64,000 bases of DNA from Spirochaetia bacterium (GTDB lineage: Bacteria; Spirochaetota; Spirochaetia; CADAEX01): contig CAXXHA010000035.1 in the NCBI GenBank assembly GCA_963662265.2, positions 184,062 to 248,061 on the forward strand, written 5' to 3'. This document shows positions 29,271-40,093 of the stretch, in pieces; within the stretch, counting starts at the first letter, position 1, and every line of letters starts with the position of its first letter. Below the pieces are notes generated by a model. It did no database searches and was not told where the DNA came from. It saw only the letters and a list, made by a program, of their open reading frames with translations. The position numbers and the translations under genes are program-made.

Positions 29271-29750
29271 CTAATAAACTGAATCCGGAGGATCGACAAG
29301 TTTGAAAATTTTATTCTTCAAATATGCAAGGCCGCAGTATTTATAATCTTCTGCTTTTTTAACAAGACCTGCTTTTACCGGATTGTTGTTTATGTATTCA
29401 TATACAGCATAAAGTTGCCTGTATGATTCAATTATTATACTCTTGAATCTGTCATACCAGACATGCCCTTTGTAGCTATATATTTTGTTGAAAACCACAG
29501 CAAATTTGCTTAATATCCACTGCATAATTTTTGATAAATCTGATTTCGGGCGGGGTTTAATCAATAAATGAATATGATTGGTCATTACACAGAAATTAAT
29601 AATTTTAAATCGGTATTTCTTCTTTGCATCTTTGAGAATCTTGATAAAGATATCTTTTATATTATCCTTTTCAAAAATAAATTCCTGCCGGTTAGATCTT
29701 GCAATTACATGATAAGTAGCATTTTCTTTTTTGTTTCTTGGTTTTCGCAT
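29271..29750 (-). mobile_element. REP-associated tyrosine transposase (RAYT, IS200/Y1-like)
   Basis: YHVIARSN, HUH motif MTNHIHLL, W.DRFKS, catalytic Y in YINNNPVKAGLV, YKYC. Confidence 0.85.
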
Positions 29751-29843
29751 ACAGGATTACACTGCAATTTATGAATCCTGCTTCAAAATGTTGCTTTCAA
29801 TATCATTACTCGATTTTTTAAATAACGATCCTGGAACAATAAA

Positions 29844-29854
29844 CCTCCGTCCCC
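29844..29854 (-). repeat. GGGGACGGAGG motif (also at 18343-18353, 28683-28693 and 28785-28795 on +)
   Basis: Four exact copies of a GC-rich 11-mer in an AT-rich window; three lie within 600 bp of the RAYT. Confidence 0.55.
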
Positions 29855-29946
29855 TTAAAACCCTTAAAAAAAGGGATATCCCGAAAAAACAGGATATCCC
29901 TCTGTATGATCAGGGAACCGCCGGGGGGATGGAAGTTCCCTTCTGT

Positions 29947-31440
29947 TTATTTCACAAGCCCGAGCACAATTGAGTTACCCTGCCTTGTCACCTGGAAAAT
30001 CTTTTTCCTGCTGCTGCCTGAATTGAGAGCATTATAAAAATCCCCGATACTCTCAGTTTTAATATCATTGATCTCTTCAATGACATCCCCGGGCTTGAAC
30101 CCTGCAATCGCTGCTGAAGAGTCGCCGATTACCGATGCTATAACCACGCCGTTAACATTTTTCTCAAGTTTTAACTCCTTTCTGATATCGTCTGTCAGTG
30201 TGGTAACAATGAGTCCGGGCCAGAGGTCCCTGTTCTTCTGTATCTCCTTCTCATCAGCTCTCTTCTCGATTTTCACGTTAACTGTGATTTCTTTCCTGTT
30301 TCTTATCAGCCTGAAAACGCTCCTGTCTCCCGGGTGGAGTTTTCCGACAATCTTTGTAAGGTGTGTTGAATCGCTTATTTCCCTGTTGTCTACTGCTGTT
30401 ATAAAGTCGCCTGGCATGAGGCCTGATTTATCTGCCGGGGAATCTTTGAACACATTGTGAATGAGTGCGCCGTTTTTGTCTCCAAGTGCCAGTGTTTTTC
30501 TGATATCCGGGTACATGCTTTCATTTGCATCCCCGATGCTTACTCCGAGCCATCCGTAAACAACTTTACCGGTATTTATAAAGTCTTCAATTGCTTTCTT
30601 AGCATTGTTGATCGGAATTGCAAAACCGACACCCACGCTTCCTCCAGACTGTGATGCAATCCATGTGTTTATGCCGACTATTTCACCCTTCATGTTGACA
30701 AGAGCTCCACCTGAGTTACCCGGGTTTATTGAAGCATCTGTCTGTATGTAATCTGTAAAACCTGCAATAGTTGAACCTGACATTGTTTCCCTTCCAAGGG
30801 CGCTTACAATCCCCATTGTAACTGTGGATTCAAATCCGAAAGGGTTTCCCACTGCAAGAACTATATCGCCGACTTCGAGGTTTTCTGAATCACCGAGCCT
30901 TGCAACAGGAATGTTTTCCGATGCTTCGAATTTAATAAGAGCAAGGTCTGTTCTCGGGTCATTTCCGATCCGTTTTGCTTCATATTCTCTTCCGTCATTG
31001 AGCTTTACCTTTATCTCGTCAGCTTCTCCCGCGACATGGTTATTTGTAAGAACATAAACATTTTTGCCTTCTTTCCTTACAATAACGCCGGAGCCGAGAC
31101 CGGGCCTCTTGTATTCCCTTTTTTCTCCTCCCTCGTTATTGCCGCCTCTCGGATTTCCGAAGAAAAAATCAAAAGGGCTTGAAAACCCCGGTATTGTCTG
31201 TTCAATAACTTCAACAGTGTTTATTTCAACAACAACCGGAAGAACTTTTTTTGCAACTCCGCTGAATGAGTAGTAAAGCTGCTCTTTTGAATCAGGAACT
31301 ACTTTTTCAGCTGCAGACGGGTTTCCCTGAGTAGGTGTTTCCTCTGCTGCCGGGGCTGCGAAAATATAGAATCCTGTCAGGGAAAAGAGCAGGATAAAAA
31401 ATATAATTGAAATAGAATAAACAGTCTTTTTATTTACCAT
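29947..31440 (-). CDS. degP: HtrA/DegP (Do) serine protease with two PDZ domains
   Basis: LGSGVI, LTNNHV, DLALIK, QTDASINPGNSGG. Confidence 0.93.
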   Translation of the reverse strand: MVNKKTVYSISIIFFILLFSLTGFYIFAAPAAEETPTQGNPSAAEKVVPDSKEQLYYSFSGVAKKVLPVVVEINTVEVIEQTIPGFSSPFDFFFGNPRGGNNEGGEKREYKRPGLGSGVIVRKEGKNVYVLTNNHVAGEADEIKVKLNDGREYEAKRIGNDPRTDLALIKFEASENIPVARLGDSENLEVGDIVLAVGNPFGFESTVTMGIVSALGRETMSGSTIAGFTDYIQTDASINPGNSGGALVNMKGEIVGINTWIASQSGGSVGVGFAIPINNAKKAIEDFINTGKVVYGWLGVSIGDANESMYPDIRKTLALGDKNGALIHNVFKDSPADKSGLMPGDFITAVDNREISDSTHLTKIVGKLHPGDRSVFRLIRNRKEITVNVKIEKRADEKEIQKNRDLWPGLIVTTLTDDIRKELKLEKNVNGVVIASVIGDSSAAIAGFKPGDVIEEINDIKTESIGDFYNALNSGSSRKKIFQVTRQGNSIVLGLVK

Positions 31441-31688
31441 TTTTATTCTCCTTGTAATTAATGTCTTTAAACAAAATATACATACACCTTTTAAAGATGT
31501 CTAATAATAATTTTGTTACATTGATAAACAAAATGTTATAATTAAGTTTATTTTCTGTTTATGGATGAAAACACACTTTTCTGCTAATGTCAGATATCTG
31601 AATAACTGGTATTATATTAATGTTCAGATAATATATTGCTGCTCTTCCAGTTAAAGACTCATAAACAGGTTTTAAAAAAGGTATTAAA

Positions 31689-32997
31689 ATGGGAAAAATG
31701 TATTTCATTATTATGTTATTAATTATCCTTGCGGTGAATGTTTTTCCGCAGGATACTTTTGTTATTACATCTGAAACTGCTGTAAAAATGGCTGTTGAAA
31801 ATAACCTGAAAATTAAAAAGGAAGATTTCACACTTTCTGAAAAGAGAAGGAGCCGTAATAACCGCTATAACGCTCTTGTTCCTGACATATCAGCAGGGAC
31901 CTCGTTAAGCAGGGCAAATGAGGCGCCTGTCATCGGCGAACATCACTGGAATTTAAGCGGCAGCATTCAGGCTCAGCTTACACTTTCTCTTGCCGTACTT
32001 GACGGTATCAGGTATCTCTCTGCAGATTATGAAAACGGACTTATCGGGAGAGAGGATGCTGTAAAAAATCCTCAGGCGAGATACTCTCAAGTCTTTCTAT
32101 AATATACTTCTCATAAGGGAGAATCTTCAGCTTCTTGAAAAAAACATTGAAACTGCTGAAAAGAGGTTCCGTCAGTCTGATATCAATTTCAGAAACGGTC
32201 TTGCTTCCGAGCTTGACAGGTTGAGGTCCCGTGTCACTTATGAGCAGCTTAAGCCTGATTTTGTGGAGCTTGAAAACAGTTATGAAAAAGCGCTCCTTTC
32301 TTTCAAGCAGATGATAGGACTGGAGAAGGAAAGTGAAATAACTCTTGAAGGTGAAATAAATCCTGATCCCCTTACCATAGAAATTAATCAGCTTATATTT
32401 TCATCTCTGCCTGAAAGGCTTGATGTTCAGAAGCTGATAAGCAGCATAAGAATGCTCAAGATATCTGAAGAATCAGAAATTCACGGCAGCCGTTATCCTT
32501 CACTTACATTGAGCTACAGCAAGAACATGGTTTTTGCCAATGATCCTTTTTCAGATCCCCTCTTTGATAACACTGATGAAAACTGGAGTGATACAGGTTC
32601 ATTAACTCTCTCTCTTTCACTGGATCTTGACAGTTTTATTCCGAGGCTTAAATCTGATACAGATATTAAAAACAAGCGGGATGAAATAAGGAAAACCGAA
32701 ACCGAGCTGGCTTCAGTTCTTCAGCTGGCTGAAATTGAGATAAGATCAATTGTCATGGAGCTGGAGAAATCAGAGAAAAAAATTGAAGTGCTTGAGCTTA
32801 ACAGGGAGCTGGCTGAAAGAGCATATCAGCTGGCAGAGGAGGGGTACAACGCGGGGACTGTCGAGCTCCTGACTCTTGAGAGCGCATCTGATGATTTTGA
32901 AAAAGCAAAGCTTGATGTACTGACGGAAAAATACAATTACCAGTCTTCGCTTCTGGATCTTGAATATGCAGTTAACAGAAAACCGGAGGATATTTAA
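31689..32997 (+). pseudogene. TolC-family outer membrane efflux protein, split by a +1 frameshift (probably a sequencing error)
   Basis: ORFs 31689-32102 and 32221-32997 join if one A is removed from A6 at 32063-32068, giving ...DAVKILRRDTLKSFYNILL...FRNGLASELDRLRSRV... Confidence 0.8.
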
Positions 32998-33947
32998 TGA
33001 AGAAAAGCAGAAAAATATTAATATTTGCAGTAATTATTTTAGTTGCAGCTGCAGGAGCTGTATTCTTTTTCCATATGAAAGGGATTGGGAAAAAGGCTGA
33101 AGAGCGTAAAGCGGCTGAGGAGTCCCGCTCATATCCTGTAAGAATATCTGAATGCGTCCCAGGTGATATTTCTGATTTTATTGAAATCAACGGGTCTGTC
33201 ATTGCTGAGAAGAGTGTTGATGTTAACCCTGATACAGGGGGCAGGATAAGGATTATTCATGCGGAAATAGGTGATTCTTTAAGGAAAGGGGAGGTTATTG
33301 CCGAGGTTGATCCTTCCAAGCCGGGGCTTTCATATACTTTCAGCCCTGTAAGATCTCCGATTTCAGGGACTGTTACAGCGCTTCATGTTGAAGCAGGATC
33401 TACTGTAACAGTTTCAAGCGTGATAGCAACAATAGGAGATCTGTCAGAACTGAGGGTTGAGACAGAAATACCGGAACCTAAAATTTCCGCAATAAAAATG
33501 GGCTCTGAAGCAGTCCTCACATTTGTTGCATATCCTGAAAATAAATATCCGGCAAGAGTTGTTGAGATAAGCCCTGTTGTAAATCCTCTCACACGGACAA
33601 TGAAGATAAAACTCGAATTCATCCAGAGCAATGATGAGGTAAAGGCAGGTATGTTCGGTTCTGTCAAACTTTTCACAGAAACAAGCACTCATACTCTTAA
33701 AATCCCCTCAAGTGCGGTTGTAGTCAGGGATAGCCTGGATACTGTTTTTGTTCTTGATGAAAGTGAAAACATTGTCAGGAAAGTCAGGATTGAGAAAGGG
33801 ATCACAGCGGACGGCATAACAGAAGTTGTAAGCGGGCTTTCTGCAGGTGACCTTGTTGTGACTGCCGGGCAGAATCTTCTTGAAGACATGGTTAATGTAA
33901 ATGTTATTGAAAGCGGCAGCACTGAAGAGAACGGGGAAGGGTTCTGA
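32997..33947 (+). CDS. RND efflux periplasmic adaptor (membrane fusion protein)
   Basis: N-terminal TM helix, lipoyl-like VRSPISGTV, ISPVVNPLTRT, KAGMFG, GLSAGDLVVTAGQ. Confidence 0.9.
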   Translation: MKKSRKILIFAVIILVAAAGAVFFFHMKGIGKKAEERKAAEESRSYPVRISECVPGDISDFIEINGSVIAEKSVDVNPDTGGRIRIIHAEIGDSLRKGEVIAEVDPSKPGLSYTFSPVRSPISGTVTALHVEAGSTVTVSSVIATIGDLSELRVETEIPEPKISAIKMGSEAVLTFVAYPENKYPARVVEISPVVNPLTRTMKIKLEFIQSNDEVKAGMFGSVKLFTETSTHTLKIPSSAVVVRDSLDTVFVLDESENIVRKVRIEKGITADGITEVVSGLSAGDLVVTAGQNLLEDMVNVNVIESGSTEENGEGF

Positions 33948-36900
33948 TGTCAGTATCAAGAAGGGCTGTTTCAAGGCCGGTAACAGTTATTGTTCTTTTT
34001 TCTCTCATAATAGCGCTGGGGCTTTTCATTCTGCCACAGATCCCGATAAATCTGTACCCTGAGTTTAATCCCCCTGTTCTTGTTGTTTCAACTTCCTATC
34101 CTGGAGCAGGTCCTGAAGAGGTTGAAAACAGCGTAACAAGGCTGCTTGAGGGAATGCTTGAGAATATAAATGATATAAAGGAAATCCGTTCAACTTCATC
34201 CGAAGGGCAGAGCCTTATTATTCTTGAGTTTGACTGGAAGAAGAATCTCTCTGAAGCTGCCGATGATGTCAGGGACAAGCTTGAATTTATCAAGGAATAT
34301 CTTCCTGATGATTCCAAATCCCCTTCAATATTCAAGTTCGACCCGTCTATGATGCCGATTCTTGACCTTACAGTAGAAGGGAACCGCCCCCCCGAGGAGC
34401 TTAAGGAGATAGCCGAGGATATTATACAGCCGCGGCTGGAGCAGGTCAGCGGAGTGTCTCTGACATATATAAGCGGAGGCAGGGAAAGGGTTATCAGGGT
34501 CGAAGTCTCAAAAAACAGGCTGCAGGCATTCAACCTGACACTGGGCAGTATATCGTCTGCAATCACATCGCAGAATATACAGGTTGGCGGGGGGACTGTT
34601 TCATCCGGTTCATATAATTATCTTGTGAGGACAGACGGCGAATACAAGACAATTGAAGAGATTAAAAACACAGTTGTCGCATACCGTGGAGGAAGCGGCA
34701 GTACTCCTCCGACTGTGATTAAGCTTTCAGATGTCGCAGATGTGAAGGATGGCTACCGGGATGAAAGCAGTATTGTCTATATAAACGGTAAGACTGGAAT
34801 ATATATAGAAGTACAGAAAAAAAGCGGTGAAAATTCCGTTCAGGTTTCAGACCGTGTCATAAAGAGCATTGCCGGTATAAACCGGGAACTTCCTCCCGGG
34901 ATTACTCTAAAAGTCCTTAAAGATTCTACAGATATAATCAGGGCTTCAATAAAACAGGTGAGTATATCAGCCCTTACCGGAGCATTCCTTGCAATGACAA
35001 TCCTGCTTGTATTCCTGAGAAATATAAAGAGCACATTTATAATCGGAATATCAATTCCTGTATCTCTTCTGATTACACTGATGGGAATGTACTTCTTCGA
35101 TGTTTCCATAAACATAATATCACTTGCAGGGCTTACACTTGGGGTAGGAATGATAGTCGACTCCTCTATTGTAATACTCGAGAATATCTACCGGTACCGG
35201 GAAAAGGGATCCCGACTGAAAGTCTCTGCAATTCTCGGAAGCGCCGAAATGACAGGCGCTATCACAGCCTCGACTCTTACAACTATATGTGTTTTCCTTC
35301 CAATTGTTCTTTTCAAGGCTGAAATCGGCTTTCTCGGCATACTGTTCGGGGATCTTGCCTTTACAGTTGTTGTCGCCCTTGTCTCCTCCCTTTTTGTCGC
35401 GCTTCTTCTTGTTCCTGTTCTTTCAGGCCATTATCTTCCGATTTTTACAAAGAGGCAGAAGCCGTTCAAGAGAAAAATATATGAAAATACAGATGCTTTC
35501 ATGGAAAGGTTTTTCGTTGGAATGGAAAAGCTCTACAGCAAAGCTCTTCTGAAAGTTTTTAAATACAGAAAGACAACTATCACTTCTGTAATTCTCCTTC
35601 TTGTTGTTTCCCTCTTATTCATACCGGCAGTGGGTCTTGAATTTTCCCCATCAGCAGATGACGATGTAGTCTCGCTTACTGTAAACATGCCTGTGGGAAC
35701 AAATCTTGAAACAACACTCTCTGTTGTTCAGAAAATCGAAGAAATTATCCGGAGCGAGATCTCAGGTTTCGAAGACCTCACTGTTACTGCAGGGGGAAGT
35801 TCTGATTTTCTTTCAGGAAGCAGCTCATACCTTGGTAAGATAAAGATAACATTACCTGAGTATTCAAAGCGTATTGATACATCTGAAGATATTAAAAGAA
35901 AACTCAGGGAAAGGTTTGAGGAATTTCCCGGAGTTGTTTTCAGTTTTGAATCTGGACATGGAAGGGGAGCAGGGAATCCCAATCCCATCGATATACTTAT
36001 AAAGTCAAATGATACAGATGCTGCCCATGAGACAGCGCTTAATCTCAAGAATCTGATAAATGAAAATGTTAAGGGGGCTTCTGAACCTGATACAGATATA
36101 AGCGACGGTCTTCCCCAGCTTGAGGTTGAGGTTAACAGGGAGAGGGCGTATGAACTGGGTCTTACCTTAAGTTCCATTGGAACTGAAATAAACTCAGCAA
36201 TAAACGGGGTAACTGCCTCTAAATTCAGGATAAAGGGAGATGAATATGACATACTTCTTATCCTCAAAAAAGAGGACAGGAGCGAAATTCCTGATCTTGA
36301 AACTATCTATATATCAAACAGCAGGGGAGACTTCATTCCTGTCTCAGCAGTCGCAAATCTTGTAAAGTCGACCGGCCCTGTAGATATAAACAGGCTTGAC
36401 CAGACAAGGGTCATACATGTTACAGCAGGTCTTAAGCAGGGGGTGAAGCTGAATGAGGTGAAAGAGGAAATTGATGATCTGATCCGGGACAAGCTGATAA
36501 TTCCTGAAAATGTCAATATCGAGTATTCCGGGGATGTCGGTGACCTTAAGGAATACGGTATTAAATTCCTTGCGATCATGGTTATGGCTCTTTTTCTTGT
36601 CTATGGTGTCATGGCAAGCCAGTTTGAGTCATTCAAGGATCCTTTTATCATGTTTCTCACTGTGCCTCTTCTATTTATAGGGGTTGTGCTGATTCACCTG
36701 ATTACAGGTTCCCCTTTCAGTATGTTCACATCTGTCGGCGTTATAATGCTGTCAGGTATTGTTGTGAATAACGGTATAGTACTTGTTGATTATATTAACC
36801 TCCTGATAGGCCGTGGTGAAAGCCTTGTTGATGCATGTATCAAGGGGGGTGTGAGCAGGTTAAGGCCTATACTGATGACAACTCTCACCACAATCCTCGG

Positions 36901-37117
36901 GATGGCCCCGATGGCATTTATTCCCGGTGAAGGTTCTGAACTTGTACAGCCGATCGGCCAGGCTGTTATCGGGGGACTTTCTACAAGTACATTTATAACT
37001 CTCTTTTTTATCCCGGTCGTATTTATTGTCTTTAACACAAAGAGGTTCGGCACAGGGGAAGGCTCTGCTGCATCTGCTGCCGGGGACGGGAAAGAACAGA
37101 CAGTTGACAGGGGCTGA
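33947..37117 (+). CDS. RND efflux permease (AcrB/SwrC-like)
   Basis: YPGAGPEEVENSVTR, GMIVDSSIVILENI, GIVVNNGIVLVD, RLRPILMTTLTT; 1056 aa. Confidence 0.95.
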   Translation: MSVSRRAVSRPVTVIVLFSLIIALGLFILPQIPINLYPEFNPPVLVVSTSYPGAGPEEVENSVTRLLEGMLENINDIKEIRSTSSEGQSLIILEFDWKKNLSEAADDVRDKLEFIKEYLPDDSKSPSIFKFDPSMMPILDLTVEGNRPPEELKEIAEDIIQPRLEQVSGVSLTYISGGRERVIRVEVSKNRLQAFNLTLGSISSAITSQNIQVGGGTVSSGSYNYLVRTDGEYKTIEEIKNTVVAYRGGSGSTPPTVIKLSDVADVKDGYRDESSIVYINGKTGIYIEVQKKSGENSVQVSDRVIKSIAGINRELPPGITLKVLKDSTDIIRASIKQVSISALTGAFLAMTILLVFLRNIKSTFIIGISIPVSLLITLMGMYFFDVSINIISLAGLTLGVGMIVDSSIVILENIYRYREKGSRLKVSAILGSAEMTGAITASTLTTICVFLPIVLFKAEIGFLGILFGDLAFTVVVALVSSLFVALLLVPVLSGHYLPIFTKRQKPFKRKIYENTDAFMERFFVGMEKLYSKALLKVFKYRKTTITSVILLLVVSLLFIPAVGLEFSPSADDDVVSLTVNMPVGTNLETTLSVVQKIEEIIRSEISGFEDLTVTAGGSSDFLSGSSSYLGKIKITLPEYSKRIDTSEDIKRKLRERFEEFPGVVFSFESGHGRGAGNPNPIDILIKSNDTDAAHETALNLKNLINENVKGASEPDTDISDGLPQLEVEVNRERAYELGLTLSSIGTEINSAINGVTASKFRIKGDEYDILLILKKEDRSEIPDLETIYISNSRGDFIPVSAVANLVKSTGPVDINRLDQTRVIHVTAGLKQGVKLNEVKEEIDDLIRDKLIIPENVNIEYSGDVGDLKEYGIKFLAIMVMALFLVYGVMASQFESFKDPFIMFLTVPLLFIGVVLIHLITGSPFSMFTSVGVIMLSGIVVNNGIVLVDYINLLIGRGESLVDACIKGGVSRLRPILMTTLTTILGMAPMAFIPGEGSELVQPIGQAVIGGLSTSTFITLFFIPVVFIVFNTKRFGTGEGSAASAAGDGKEQTVDRG

Positions 37118-37144
37118 AATTAAATTGCAGGCAGGTTTTAAAAG

Positions 37145-37423
37145 ATGAAAAGAATTGAAATTATTGCAAATCATTCTGTTGAAGCTGATATTATCGAAGC
37201 TGTTGAAAAGGTTTGCCAGAATAAAGCGTATTATACAAAAATCCCTGTTGTTTACGGAAAAGGGAATTCCAATCCAAAAATGGGCGACAATATATGGCCT
37301 GAGGAAAATTTCATGCTTATTATTTATGCTGAAGAAAAAATATCATTTCAGATCAGAAATGCTGTAGAAGATATTAAGCTGAAATTTCCGGATGAAGGGA
37401 TCAAGCTTTTTGATATAGGTTGA
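37145..37423 (+). CDS. P-II-like transporter-associated protein (PG0541 family)
   Basis: YTKIPVVYGKG..PKMGDNIWPEEN motif; lies directly after the RND permease. Confidence 0.75.
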   Translation: MKRIEIIANHSVEADIIEAVEKVCQNKAYYTKIPVVYGKGNSNPKMGDNIWPEENFMLIIYAEEKISFQIRNAVEDIKLKFPDEGIKLFDIG

Positions 37424-37505
37424 AGACAGGATTGATTGAAGAAGCTGTGAAATACTGCAGTTCTGATCTGCTTTAAATGTTAATCCATGGTTTATAGGAG
37501 TTTGA

Positions 37506-38210
37506 ATGAAAGCTAAAATATTGATAATCGAAGATGAAGTTGAAATAGCGGAACTGATATCTCTTTACCTCTCAAATGACGGTCTTGAATCAGTCCATGC
37601 TGAATCAGCTGAAGATGCTCTTGATCTGGTTGCTCAGGGAAATATTGATCTTATTGTCCTTGATATAAATCTCCCCGGAATGGATGGTTTTGAATTCCTC
37701 CAGAAGCTCAGGGATACGAAAAAGAATATCCCTGTAATTATTGTTTCGGCACGTCAGGATGATGCTGATATGGTTCTAGGGCTTGGAACAGGTGCTGATG
37801 ATTATGTTACAAAGCCGTTTTCCCCCAAGGTTCTGGTTGCAAGAATAAGAAGCAACCTGAGGAGATATTTTGATTCTGCTGCAGGAGGCGGAGTAAGATC
37901 GACAAATATAACCAGTTTCGGGGATTATGCAATTGATATGGATGCATATGTTGTCAGGAAGGGGGACAGGAAGGTGCAGCTTTCCCCCAGGGAATATGAG
38001 GTGCTGGCGTACCTTGTGCAGAACAGTTCTGTCCCGAAAACTCCCGATGATATATACAAGGCTGTCTGGGGAAATAATTACGGGGATATTACAACTGTTG
38101 CAGTTCATATACAGAGGCTCAGGAAAAAAATAGAAAAAGACCCTGCCCACCCGGAATTCATAAAAACTGTTCACGGTATGGGGTATCAGTTCAGCCCTGA
38201 AGGAGAGTGA
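37506..38210 (+). CDS. OmpR/PhoB family response regulator
   Basis: IIEDE, LDINLPGMDG, GADDYVTKPF, VHIQRLRKKIE, IKTVHGMGY. Confidence 0.95.
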   Translation: MKAKILIIEDEVEIAELISLYLSNDGLESVHAESAEDALDLVAQGNIDLIVLDINLPGMDGFEFLQKLRDTKKNIPVIIVSARQDDADMVLGLGTGADDYVTKPFSPKVLVARIRSNLRRYFDSAAGGGVRSTNITSFGDYAIDMDAYVVRKGDRKVQLSPREYEVLAYLVQNSSVPKTPDDIYKAVWGNNYGDITTVAVHIQRLRKKIEKDPAHPEFIKTVHGMGYQFSPEGE

Positions 38211-38211
38211 G

Positions 38212-39561
38212 TTGAAGCTGAGGACCCAGATTATAATTCTTTCTGCAGCACTTGCAGTTACACCTTTCCTTATAAGTATATTTATTTTTTCATATCACCG
38301 CGCATTCGGCAGTGATGAAGAACAGTACATGGAAAGATTTCTAGTCTCAAAATGGATATATGAAGAGTTTTATCCCTCCATATATGATGAAAATATGGAG
38401 AGGGTGTTTATTCCTACAGGAATCGAAGTAAGTATAATAAATGAAGAGGGGATTATTGTTTTTTCAAATATTCCCCAGATGAAGAGAGGGATGTTTTTCA
38501 ATCCGATGTTTCCCCGGTTTATTGAATTTATCAGGGGAAAAGAGAGCAGGACAATTATTGAAACATTTGACCATGACGGGAAGAAATGGCAGTTTTTCTT
38601 CATATATTCTGAAATCCCGGAATATCTCAGGAAAAACCGTTTTGGGTGGCTGAAACAGACTCTCTACAGCTCTCTTTATCTTACCCTTGCAGTGCTTATT
38701 GCCGGGTATTTCTTTGTCCGGTCTATTCTGAGAAGGACCGGCAAGCTTGAGTATGCGATAAAAAAGGTTTCAGAAGGGCAGCTCGATTTTGAGATTGAGA
38801 AGGAAGGGCGGGATGAATTTGCCCTTCTCCTTGATTCTTTCGACAGTATGAGAATAGCTCTTAAAGAGGAGCAGGCAAGAAAATCCCGTTTTATCATGGC
38901 GGTTTCCCATGATCTTAAGACTCCACTTACCTCTATCAAGGGTTATGTAGAAGCAATCCAGGACGGACTTGTCAGGGACTCTGAAACTCTCAATAAATAT
39001 GTAGGTATTATTTCTGATAAATCTGTTGTACTTGAAGAGAGGATATCTTCACTCATAGATTTTGCAAGGATGGAAACAGGGGAATGGAAAATCAGGAACA
39101 GCGAGATAGAGCTTAACAGTTTTTTCAAAAGGCTCAGCAGTATTTATGAAGAGGACTGCAGAATATTAAGCAAGAACTACAAGTATGACAATTACCTGCC
39201 CGAGTCTGTTAAGATCACATGCGATCCTGTCCTTTTTGAAAGGGCTTTAGAAAATCTCTTTGTGAATTCTGTAAAACATACTCTTTCAGGCACAGAGATA
39301 TTATTCAGGGCTTTTATGGATAACAGCATTCCTGTCATAGAACTGGGAGATAACGGAGAAGGGATTGATGAAGCTGATCTCAAGTATATATTTGAACCCT
39401 TTTACCGGGGAAGCAATTCCCGCAAGGAGCCTGGTATGGGACTGGGGCTTTCAACTGCAAAATCTGTTCTTGATGCTCATGGATGGGATGTCAGTGTTTC
39501 ATCTGTCAAAGGGGAGGGGACTGTTTTCCGCATAGTCCTTGGCAGGGCAGGTAAAAACTAG
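38212..39561 (+). CDS. HAMP-domain sensor histidine kinase
   Basis: Two TM helices, HAMP, SHDLKTPLTSI, NLFVNS, DNGEGI, GLGLS. Confidence 0.93.
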   Translation: MKLRTQIIILSAALAVTPFLISIFIFSYHRAFGSDEEQYMERFLVSKWIYEEFYPSIYDENMERVFIPTGIEVSIINEEGIIVFSNIPQMKRGMFFNPMFPRFIEFIRGKESRTIIETFDHDGKKWQFFFIYSEIPEYLRKNRFGWLKQTLYSSLYLTLAVLIAGYFFVRSILRRTGKLEYAIKKVSEGQLDFEIEKEGRDEFALLLDSFDSMRIALKEEQARKSRFIMAVSHDLKTPLTSIKGYVEAIQDGLVRDSETLNKYVGIISDKSVVLEERISSLIDFARMETGEWKIRNSEIELNSFFKRLSSIYEEDCRILSKNYKYDNYLPESVKITCDPVLFERALENLFVNSVKHTLSGTEILFRAFMDNSIPVIELGDNGEGIDEADLKYIFEPFYRGSNSRKEPGMGLGLSTAKSVLDAHGWDVSVSSVKGEGTVFRIVLGRAGKN

Positions 39562-40093
39562 CAGAAAAGGTTGGAAATATTAAAAAAACAGGTCTTCTGT
39601 TTCAGTTAACTGTTGACTCAGGTGGTGAAATAATGCCATATAGTTATATCTAATACTTATATCCGGAGGGATTTATCCAGAGCTGCTTATATACATAAGC
39701 TAAGTTGGAAAAGCAGATAATTCTAAAAATCTATAAAAAACTCATTCTTAAAAACAGGTGAGTTGTGTCTTTTTGGAATTTTCTGCAGATCTTTCCCGGT
39801 CTGTTATATACCTGCATTATTAAATAATCCGTATTATTGAATATAATATTCTTATATGAAGTATTTCTGTGAATTTTTATGATTCACGGAAAAATATATT
39901 CAACTGCAATGGTTTTTTCCCGAATAAATACAGGAAAAAGAGATTTATATAATTGTCTGTACCGGGATTAAACATATCAAGTGAGAGTTTACCCTGATAA
40001 ATGCGGGATAATTACTGTAAACAGGTATTCTCTAATAACCTTTATTTTCCTTAAAAAAGCACAGCTTGCCTCTGGCAATACAGGGGGAAAAAG

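Noticed and set aside
29271-29946. IS200/IS605 element with TnpB
   Set aside because: No tnpB ORF is adjacent; NPVKAGLV indicates the RAYT group; the nearby hairpins are explained as the degP terminator.
39670-39722. SAM-I riboswitch upstream of the methyltransferase (TTATCCAGAG...GATAA)
   Set aside because: Too short, and lacks the GGAGGGA-TGGCCC, GCAACC and GGTGC-AA core elements.
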